Below are positions 8,952 to 16,000 of a stretch of 16,000 nt of DNA, one piece after another; the stretch's first letter is position 1, and each line of letters opens with the position of its first letter. The notes under the pieces were generated by a model, which searched no databases, had not been told where the DNA came from, and was given only the letters and a program-made list of their open reading frames with translations. Origin of the DNA: Oceanospirillaceae bacterium (GTDB lineage: Bacteria; Pseudomonadota; Gammaproteobacteria; Pseudomonadales; Balneatricaceae); assembly GCA_013215445.1 (NCBI GenBank), contig JABSRA010000067.1, positions 7,948 through 23,947 of the forward strand. The letters run 5' to 3'. Both the position numbers and the translations under genes were made by a program.

Positions 8952-9827
8952 ATGACGGACCGCTCTAGAGGAATTCTCTGCATGTTAGTGGCGATGGCGT
9001 TTATCTCTGTGCAGGAGGCATTCGCTAAATATTTAGGTGAGTTTTTGCCCGTTAGCCAAGTGGTATGGGCCCGCTATATCGGACATTTACTGTTAATGCT
9101 AGTGGTGCTTTGGCCCAAATATGGGCAGGTTATCTTTCGGCCTAACAGATTGGGCATGCAAATAGTTCGCTCGATGATTCTTCTGGTCGATACAGCACTG
9201 TTTTTTTATGGATTAACCTTGATCGGATTGGCAGAGGCCACCGCAATATTTTTTAGTGTGCCAGCCCTAGTCGTAGTGCTCTCTTATTTTTTCCTGGGGG
9301 AGCGGGTCAGTATTGCAACCATGATGGCGATAGGGCTGGGTTTTATCGGCACCATCATTATGCTTAGACCCACGGCAGATGATCAGAGTGAAGCCGCTCT
9401 ATGGGGTGCGCTGGCAGTATTTGGTGCCGCATGTTGTACGGCTATTTACAATATTATTACCCGCAAATTGGCCGGTACAGATTCGCTGGCGGTCACCTTG
9501 TTATACACCGCCTTGATCGGGGCTCTGGTCAGTTCTCTACTGGTACCTTTTGTCTGGCAGTCGCCGGTGGGATATTTGCAGTGGCTGGCACTGATCTCAA
9601 TTGGATTATTTGGCGCCGTGGCACATAGTTTAATTATTACGGCGCATCACTACACCGCGGCAACCCATGTGGCGCCTTTTATGTATACCCAAATATTTTG
9701 GGCGCTGTTCTTCTCCTGGTTGATCTTTAAACAGCTGCCGGATGAAAATGCCTTCATGGGTGGATCTATTGTGATTGTCAGTGGCTTGTACCTCTGGTAC
9801 GCCGGTCATCGACGCCAACCAAGCTGA
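8952..9827 (+). CDS. DMT-superfamily (EamA-like) transporter
   Basis: 291 aa with about 10 hydrophobic helices arranged as two EamA-type halves. The Shine-Dalgarno sequence GGAAGTAGGA precedes the ATG. The substrate is not inferable. Confidence 0.8.
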   Translation: MTDRSRGILCMLVAMAFISVQEAFAKYLGEFLPVSQVVWARYIGHLLLMLVVLWPKYGQVIFRPNRLGMQIVRSMILLVDTALFFYGLTLIGLAEATAIFFSVPALVVVLSYFFLGERVSIATMMAIGLGFIGTIIMLRPTADDQSEAALWGALAVFGAACCTAIYNIITRKLAGTDSLAVTLLYTALIGALVSSLLVPFVWQSPVGYLQWLALISIGLFGAVAHSLIITAHHYTAATHVAPFMYTQIFWALFFSWLIFKQLPDENAFMGGSIVIVSGLYLWYAGHRRQPS

Positions 9828-9850
9828 GTGAGAGGGTGGTTGGGTTCCTC

Positions 9851-12295
9851 TCAGTTCGGTGCAATAGGGCTTAATCTGAATTGAATGATGACCGGGTCGT
9901 GATCCGATGAGCGATAGGCATCCTTGCGATACATTTGTATTACTTGTGAGTGGCTTTTAAATTCTGTGTTGTAATCAATGATGCGTGGCTCATCGGCATT
10001 GATGTGCCAGATACTGAGGTCCGTTACTTGTGGCGCTAGACTAACATTGGCCAGTGCGTGATCTAAATAGCCTGCTCGGCCCTGAAAAATATAAGAATAA
10101 CCGCTATCCCCTCCTAACGTGGCGATCAAGTCGGTAAATCCAGCCGTTTTAAGCAGGCTAATGGGGTCTTCTTTGGCGTATGCATTTAAGTCGCCGATAA
10201 TTAAAATATCCGGATCGTCACTATCAGTGGGATCTCGGGCTAGATAATCGACCAGGGCCGCCATCGCCTGGGTGCGGATTTTATTGCAGTTACCTTGACC
10301 GTCACCGAGATCCGGGTCATCGAGTGCATCACAGTTTGAACCCTTCGACTTTAAGTGATTAACTACCACCGTTAAATGTTCGCCACTGGCTATCTCGGCA
10401 AAGGTTTGCAGCAGTGCTGGGCGGTTTTTGGCATCGACAAAACGGCTATCAATGTGCTGATTGAGTAGTTTAAACGCACCGATAGTACGTACTTTGTGCG
10501 CCTGATAGATAAAGCCGACTTTAATGCTATCATCGCCAATGATGCCCGTCTCTACCGCGCGATACTGACCTGGCTTACGCTGGTTGTTTAAGGCATCGAC
10601 TAAATTTTGCACCGAGGCCGAAGGGTTATTTTCCAGCTCCATTAAACCGATAATATCCGCATCGATGGCGAGCAATGCCGCGACGATTTTGCCGCGCTGT
10701 CTGTCCAGTTCAACGGCTGAATCGGCACCACGACAGCTTTGATTAAAACTGGGGCCACAGATTTTCACGCTTTTTCCTTGATCTAAGGTAGTGAAATAAT
10801 TGAGCAGATTAAAGGAAGCCACTCTGAGATTGCCAGTGTCTAGCAGAGCAGGTTGGGTGGAGCGTGGATTGCTTGCTATCATGCTAAAGGGGCTAATGGG
10901 TTGCAGCACATACTTGCCAGCTCTGAAATGGAGAATCGCCTGGCCATCATTATCAAGTTGATTGCCCGCCCGTAATACCTGCTGTGCAGTGCGCGCCGCA
11001 GATCCATCGGGGTTGTTAATCGGGTAGCGGTTTTGGGTCGATTCATTATCATCAAATACAATCTGGTTGAGCGCATTTAGGGTGGCAATATTGCTGGCGG
11101 CAGTTCCCGGTAGGGCGATATTAGTCGGCTGCATAAGGCGGCCATTGGCGAGGGTGATCTGTCCATATCTACCATAGTGATAAGTATCAATGATGGTTAA
11201 AGGCTGCTTGAGTTGGACCTGCATGCCCTCGAAGCGCTCCAGATAATTCACGCCATGTGCTGCCCCCTGAAAGGGTAAGCTAATAGTGGCTACTGTAGTG
11301 CTGCCACTGGCCGCACACTGTTCAATCGCAGTGACGTTGCTCAGTTGAGTGCTACCCTTGAACTCTACGACTCTCGCCGTAACGGCGATTATGCTGCCGA
11401 GCGTTAAGGGCTGGCTATGATTGCCTTGATAGACGAAAATTCCCTCAGAGGTTAGGCTATTGTTATCGTTATCAGCGTCTTCCTCCTGCAAGAAAAAGCC
11501 TTTTAACCCGGATTTTTGAAAATCAGCGGTGAGTACTGCTTTTACGGTGCGCACAGAATTCAGCATTTCGTCACTTGCGGTGCTGCCAGTACCTTGAATA
11601 CTGCTGATTAAGGTTGGGCTCACTCGACAGAGACTGCTGATAGGTAAAGGGCTTGCCAGCAGGGAGAAGGATTGTAGCGCGCTGCAAGTACTAAATGTTG
11701 AGGCCTTTGGCCCCACCCATGCAAAATCTGCTAATTGGCTGCCACTGCCGGCTAACTGTAAGGATAAACCCGGTGCAGTTTTACTCGACTCTGTCACCCC
11801 GATGTCGTCACTGAGTAAACCGGCAGCGGGGCCATCTAGGGCAGTGAACTGCCCTTCATAACTAATAAATTGCACCACTTTGCCACGGGTATTGATCAGT
11901 GCCAGCCCATCGGGGGAGCCGTTTTGTATGCCAGCGATGGGTATAGTCGCCAGCCCAAATTGGCCACATTGATCACTCAAAGTCGCCGCTAACGGCAGCA
12001 TTTTATACACAGCTCCATTACTGGCGTTATACAGTGCCACTGTCCATCCCTGTAGAGAGGTGTTAGCAGGGCCTGCAATTTCTATCCCCTCATTGACATC
12101 TATACCGCTATTATCGTAATGCAATTCGTTGATGAAAATAGTAGTGGCATAACTTGGGTGGTAAATAATGCTGGCAAGCACTGCTACAGCGAGACAAATA
12201 GTCGCAATGCTGTTGATCACTGGTTTAAAATTGCAACGGCATTGTCGGGGATTATCGATGGCCGATAACCTAACGTAATGGGTGAAACTAACCAT
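9851..12295 (-). CDS. ExeM/NucH-family extracellular nuclease (LTD domain + OB-like region + EEP nuclease domain)
   Basis: The start is trimmed to the ATG at 12295 (AGGAG 8 nt upstream), giving 814 aa. An N-terminal hydrophobic anchor/signal, IATICLAVAVLASIIYHPSYA, is followed by an LTD-like IFINELHYDNSG...GIEIAG. The C-terminal EEP domain has intact catalytic motifs: ASFNLLNYF, GLMELEN, IIGDLNAY, YLDHAL, SSDHDPV. Confidence 0.8.
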   Translation of the reverse strand: MVSFTHYVRLSAIDNPRQCRCNFKPVINSIATICLAVAVLASIIYHPSYATTIFINELHYDNSGIDVNEGIEIAGPANTSLQGWTVALYNASNGAVYKMLPLAATLSDQCGQFGLATIPIAGIQNGSPDGLALINTRGKVVQFISYEGQFTALDGPAAGLLSDDIGVTESSKTAPGLSLQLAGSGSQLADFAWVGPKASTFSTCSALQSFSLLASPLPISSLCRVSPTLISSIQGTGSTASDEMLNSVRTVKAVLTADFQKSGLKGFFLQEEDADNDNNSLTSEGIFVYQGNHSQPLTLGSIIAVTARVVEFKGSTQLSNVTAIEQCAASGSTTVATISLPFQGAAHGVNYLERFEGMQVQLKQPLTIIDTYHYGRYGQITLANGRLMQPTNIALPGTAASNIATLNALNQIVFDDNESTQNRYPINNPDGSAARTAQQVLRAGNQLDNDGQAILHFRAGKYVLQPISPFSMIASNPRSTQPALLDTGNLRVASFNLLNYFTTLDQGKSVKICGPSFNQSCRGADSAVELDRQRGKIVAALLAIDADIIGLMELENNPSASVQNLVDALNNQRKPGQYRAVETGIIGDDSIKVGFIYQAHKVRTIGAFKLLNQHIDSRFVDAKNRPALLQTFAEIASGEHLTVVVNHLKSKGSNCDALDDPDLGDGQGNCNKIRTQAMAALVDYLARDPTDSDDPDILIIGDLNAYAKEDPISLLKTAGFTDLIATLGGDSGYSYIFQGRAGYLDHALANVSLAPQVTDLSIWHINADEPRIIDYNTEFKSHSQVIQMYRKDAYRSSDHDPVIIQFRLSPIAPN

Positions 12296-12641
12296 GTTAT
12301 ACGCTCCTAGTAGGGGTAATTGACTGACGCGGATGAACGGTAAAACAATCAATCTAGCAACTACAGTAATAAACAAACGACAGCACAATATCAAAGTATT
12401 TTTCTAAAAGTTGTCAACACTTAAGCTGTTTTGTGGCATTAAAAAGTTAAATTATTTTTTCTTAGCAACGGATAAATAATTTTGTATAGTGTTAACGAAA
12501 GTGCTAAATATGGTTTAATCACAAGTGGTTAGTGCTCTTGAAATTAAGGTCTAGATATTTAATCCCCTTGCCTAGCACTATTATTTTGTTGTCCCTAATA
12601 ACGATTTGTTGCCAATCAAGCGGTGACTGATGGAGTCTGTA

Positions 12642-13592
12642 ATGAATGAGAAAATCGATGTATTAGTCTTGCGAGAAAATCAACCAGAGCAGATGGCACT
12701 ACTCAGTGAGCGCTATCAGCTGCACAGGTACGATCTGGCGGGCCCAGTTGAGCAAGTGCAGATGCTCGAAAAAGTGGCTCTAAAAGTGCGCGCGGTAGTC
12801 ACCACGCATGGTGGCGGCTTTACCACCGACATGCTCGAGCAATTGCCAGGGCTAGAGATAGTCGCTTCATCGAGTGTGGGGCTAGAAACACTTTGCGTCG
12901 AGGCCTGCCATGCCCGGAATGTAGCCGTCACTAATACCCCCGATGTGCTCACTGATGATGTGGCAGATATGGCGCTGATGTTACTGTTGGCCACTGTGCG
13001 TCGTCTGCAACCCGCGAGTCGATGGATAACTTCGGGCCAATGGCGAACTTCGGATATGTTTCCGCTAAATACTAGTGTCAGTGGGAAGAAGGTAGGGATA
13101 GTCGGTCTGGGCCGCATCGGTAAAGCCATCGCCCAACGTGCGGAGGCCTTTGGCATGCAGGTCAGTTATTACGGACGCAGCCCGAAAGCAGAGAGCCCCT
13201 ATGCCTACTATAACGACCTGGTCGCCCTTGCTGAAGAGGTCGATATCTTAATTCCGGCGATACCTGGAGGCGTACAAACCGAGCAGCTAATCTCTAAAGC
13301 GGTACTTAAAGCACTGGGATCAAAGGGTTATTTTATCAATATATCCAGGGGCTCAGTGGTGGATGAACAGGCGTTAGTGGCGCTGTTAGCAGCGGGAGAA
13401 TTGGCGGGGGCGGGCCTAGATGTGTTTGTCAACGAGCCCTGTGTACCCAGCGCGCTGTTAGCCTTAGATAATGTGGTACTGCAGCCGCACTGCGCCAGTG
13501 GCACGGTGGAAACCCGTGGCGAAATGGCGCAATTAGTGGTGGATAATCTGGCTGCACACTTTGCCGGTAATAAACTGTTAACCCCAGTATAG
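12642..13592 (+). CDS. D-isomer-specific 2-hydroxyacid dehydrogenase (glyoxylate/hydroxypyruvate reductase-like)
   Basis: The NAD-binding motif is GIVGLGRIGKAIAQRA. The catalytic Arg/Glu/His context is INISRGSVVDE...LQPHCASGT. The ATG at 12642 has GGAG 6 nt upstream and is preferred over the ATG at 12630 (ORF-track start). Confidence 0.88.
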   Translation: MNEKIDVLVLRENQPEQMALLSERYQLHRYDLAGPVEQVQMLEKVALKVRAVVTTHGGGFTTDMLEQLPGLEIVASSSVGLETLCVEACHARNVAVTNTPDVLTDDVADMALMLLLATVRRLQPASRWITSGQWRTSDMFPLNTSVSGKKVGIVGLGRIGKAIAQRAEAFGMQVSYYGRSPKAESPYAYYNDLVALAEEVDILIPAIPGGVQTEQLISKAVLKALGSKGYFINISRGSVVDEQALVALLAAGELAGAGLDVFVNEPCVPSALLALDNVVLQPHCASGTVETRGEMAQLVVDNLAAHFAGNKLLTPV

Positions 13593-13956
13593 AAGGGTTT
13601 GTAGCTAGTTAGAGACACTTCTAAATGCCCCAACTAAAATAGCTGATTAATTAGCCGCGCAGGCTCGATTTCTTTCAGTCTTGGTCTAAGCTTCTAATTC
13701 ATAGCAATAAAGAGAGATTTAGTATGATGTAGCCAAAAGCGGGATAATGGCGCTCAATCAGCGGGCGTTAATAATCCATGGGGTATCTACAATCAAATGT
13801 CACTGCATGCAACATTGACAAATGGACCGCTAACATAGGGTCCACTTACTCCGCTTTTTTATTGGTTTTAATGGGTATTCGCACTGTTCAGTGCTTTATG
13901 CAGCGGTCTTATCTTTATTCGTTTAGACATCAACTCTGAAATAAAAGGTGCGCGTG

Positions 13957-15636
13957 ATGCAAATGTTTCGAGATATGACCATAGGCAAAAAAATCAATAC
14001 TATAGTCGGGGTCTTGCTGGGGTTATTAGTATTAACCTCAGCGTTCGGTTTGCTGAAAATAAGCGCGATTGGCCAAGAGATGAAAACGGTGAGTTCAGAG
14101 GACATGCCGTTAGTGGAGCTAGTTTCTGCGGTGACCGTCAAACAATTAGAAACAGCTATTTTAATCGAAAAGGCGATGCGCATCGCCCAAGTTAGTAGCG
14201 GCACTGACACTGTGGCTGATCTGCACCTTACCATCAAAAAATTCTCGGCTGAAATTGATCTGGAGATAATAAAGGGCGAAGAGATTCTAAAAATCGCTAA
14301 AACTCATGCACTCTCGGATGAGCAATACAATACCTTAATTGCATTAGAAGTAGCCCTCAAAGCTATTGAAGAAGAGCATCATCAATTTCATGCCAAGACC
14401 GAGCATTTAATGCTCTTGTTAGAAAAGGGCGAAGCGGTCTCCGCCGAGGAGGTAATAGCGATAGAAGCAGCCCAAACCAAACTCACCAGCCATCTTGAAC
14501 ACACCTTAATCACCATAGAGCGGATGACTGAACACGCCATGGAAACCATTCAACAGGATGAAGAAATAGCCATGCAGGGCATGCTTTGGTTTGGCATTTT
14601 GGCTACGGCGATAGGTATATTTTTGGGAATTGTGATTACCCGTTCGATCATCGTGCCACTGTCTTATGCGGTAGAAAGCGCCAATAAAATAGCGGAGGGA
14701 GATTTGACCAACAACATTATCGTTAGCTCTAAAGATGAAACGGGGCAGTTGTTGCAGGCAATGAAATCGATGTCAGAAAACTTTGCGTCAATGATTAAAG
14801 ATATCGCTCAAACCACCACCCAACTTAACGACGCCGCACAGACAGTTTTCAGCTCAACTGAACAGAGCGCTAAGAACTTAGTGATACAACAAGACGATTT
14901 GACTCAGGCGTCTACGGCGATGAACGAGATGTCTGCATCGGTACAAGAAGTGTCTCGCAGTGCGTTACAGGCCTCGCAGGCAACCAGTGAGGCTGAGCAA
15001 GAGGCTAAGCGCGGAGGGGATGTGGTTAACCAAGTGAGTCAATCTATTCACAGTTTGGCCTCTGAAATACAAAATACTCAAGGAATCATCAGTCAGCTTG
15101 ATCAAGAGACAGCAAATGTCGATGCTATTTTAGATGTTATCACCTCAATCGCCGAACAAACCAACTTGCTGGCACTTAATGCGGCCATTGAGGCTGCCCG
15201 TGCAGGGGAGCAGGGCCGAGGTTTTGCAGTGGTTGCAGATGAAGTGAGAACATTGGCGAGTCGCACTCAAGCATCCATCTCTGAAATTCAACAATTAGTC
15301 TTACGCCTAAATAATCAGGCGAAGAGCTCTGTTGAGGCGATGCAGACGGGCTATCATAATGCGATTGTAACCGTTGAATTGTCGAAAAAAGCGGAGAACA
15401 CACTGTCAGAAATAGGCCATGCAGTCACTATCATTAATGATATGAATATTCAAATAGCCAGCTCCGTAGAAGAACAAAGTGTGGTCGCGGAGCAAGTCAA
15501 TGTCTCCATTCACAGTATCAAAAATTCTTCAGATGAGAATGCAGCGGGAGCAGAGCATGTCGCACAAGTGAGCAGTGATATCTCCCAATTAGCGGATTGC
15601 TTAAAAACAATGGTGGGGAAGTTCAAAATAGCTTGA
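13957..15636 (+). CDS. Methyl-accepting chemotaxis protein (helical periplasmic sensor, HAMP, MA domain)
   Basis: TM1 is [21 protein letters not shown]. An all-helical periplasmic domain of about 165 aa is followed by TM2, [21 protein letters not shown], and then HAMP. The highly conserved signalling hairpin is [35 protein letters not shown]. The ORF-track start at 13948 is a GTG. The ATG at 13957 has AAGG 8 nt upstream; ATG 13963 is also possible. Confidence 0.92.
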   Translation: MQMFRDMTIGKKINTIVGVLLGLLVLTSAFGLLKISAIGQEMKTVSSEDMPLVELVSAVTVKQLETAILIEKAMRIAQVSSGTDTVADLHLTIKKFSAEIDLEIIKGEEILKIAKTHALSDEQYNTLIALEVALKAIEEEHHQFHAKTEHLMLLLEKGEAVSAEEVIAIEAAQTKLTSHLEHTLITIERMTEHAMETIQQDEEIAMQGMLWFGILATAIGIFLGIVITRSIIVPLSYAVESANKIAEGDLTNNIIVSSKDETGQLLQAMKSMSENFASMIKDIAQTTTQLNDAAQTVFSSTEQSAKNLVIQQDDLTQASTAMNEMSASVQEVSRSALQASQATSEAEQEAKRGGDVVNQVSQSIHSLASEIQNTQGIISQLDQETANVDAILDVITSIAEQTNLLALNAAIEAARAGEQGRGFAVVADEVRTLASRTQASISEIQQLVLRLNNQAKSSVEAMQTGYHNAIVTVELSKKAENTLSEIGHAVTIINDMNIQIASSVEEQSVVAEQVNVSIHSIKNSSDENAAGAEHVAQVSSDISQLADCLKTMVGKFKIA

Positions 15637-15652
15637 TGAGTCGTTGTGGCCG

Positions 15653-15673
15653 GTCAGCACAGGCAGTGCTGAC
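15653..15673. terminator. Hairpin after the MCP gene (weak terminator candidate)
   Basis: GTCAGCAC-aggca-GTGCTGAC forms an 8-bp stem 17 nt after the MCP stop. No U-tract follows. Confidence 0.3.
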
Positions 15674-15724
15674 GCTGCTACAGAGTCTCTCTTAAAATAA
15701 TCAATGGTGCATTGATACTGCTAT

Positions 15725-16000
15725 CTAATTGCGTTCACCGCGCCTGAAGGGCTGCAACAGCGCCTTGGGATATTTTGCTTTGCGCGCCACCACAATCATC
15801 GCGACAATACTCAAGATATAAGGCAGCATTAAAAATACTTGGTAGGGGATCAGCGCGCCCAATTGTAATTGCAAACGTACTTGCATGGCGTCTAAACCAG
15901 CAAATAATAGTGCCCCAAACAATGCTTTACCCGGTTGCCAACAGGCAAATATGACCAGCGCGATACAGATCCAACCCCGGCCATTGATCATGCCAAAATA
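15725..16000 (-). CDS. ABC transporter permease, C-terminal part (sugar/nucleoside BPD_transp_2 type); gene continues beyond the window
   Basis: The frame stays open to the window edge (...YFG-MINGRGWICIALVIFACWQP...LPYILSIVAMIVVARKAKYPKALLQPFRRGE*). The GMINGRGWIA and C-terminal ARK...P..L..P motifs are typical of Bmp/ribose-type ABC permeases. Assignment from memory only. Confidence 0.65.
   Translation of the reverse strand, partial: YFGMINGRGWICIALVIFACWQPGKALFGALLFAGLDAMQVRLQLQLGALIPYQVFLMLPYILSIVAMIVVARKAKYPKALLQPFRRGERN

Noticed and set aside
13778-13939. An unlisted 53-codon ORF (MGYLQSNVTACNIDKW...FRHQL*) in the dehydrogenase-MCP intergenic region.
   Set aside because: - No Shine-Dalgarno sequence.
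- It runs straight through the hairpin, the T-run and the palindrome.
- The composition looks non-coding and there is no recognisable motif.
- It is kept only as something ribosome profiling could revisit.
13593-13956. A c-di-GMP (GEMM-I) riboswitch upstream of the MCP gene, as is common in Vibrio/Shewanella-like genomes.
   Set aside because: - The conserved GEMM features I remember are absent on both strands: GGCAAACC, ACGCAAAGC, and a GNRA tetraloop with its receptor.

Overview
This window reads as an ordinary core-chromosome segment of a marine-type gammaproteobacterium (Alteromonadales/Oceanospirillales-like gene content; no species claim). I see no transposase, integrase, phage gene, CRISPR array, tRNA/rRNA or defence-type gene. 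Gene order, left to right:
- the end of a type IV (MSHA-like) pilus operon, ending in an MshP/PilX-like ORF
- pyrE (-)
- a divergent ExoIII-fold gene that I read as a Crc-type pseudo-nuclease
- a complete envelope-stress module: cpxP (-) divergent from cpxR-cpxA (+), with a perfect CpxR box between them
- an amtB-glnK operon (-) with a sigma-54/NtrC-type control region
- ubiK plus a YoaB-like RidA gene (+)
- a cytochrome b562-like gene (-)
- an EamA/DMT transporter (+)
- a large ExeM/NucH-type extracellular nuclease (-)
- a D-2-hydroxyacid dehydrogenase (+)
- a methyl-accepting chemotaxis protein (+)
- the 3' part of an ABC permease (-)

Several ORF-track starts are too long; I trimmed them to ATG codons with Shine-Dalgarno support (pyrE, cpxP, cpxR, glnK, ubiK, ExeM, dehydrogenase, MCP).

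The most unusual structure is a three-unit, roughly 150-bp tandem repeat at 5099-5549. It duplicates a whole convergent gene junction: the cpxA 3' end, the spacer, the terminator and the glnK 3' end. The second point of interest is the degenerate active site of the ExoIII-like protein next to pyrE, which looks Crc-like. Both are modest curiosities. I did not find a convincing new multi-gene system and prefer to say so. All homology statements come from remembered family motifs, not searches.
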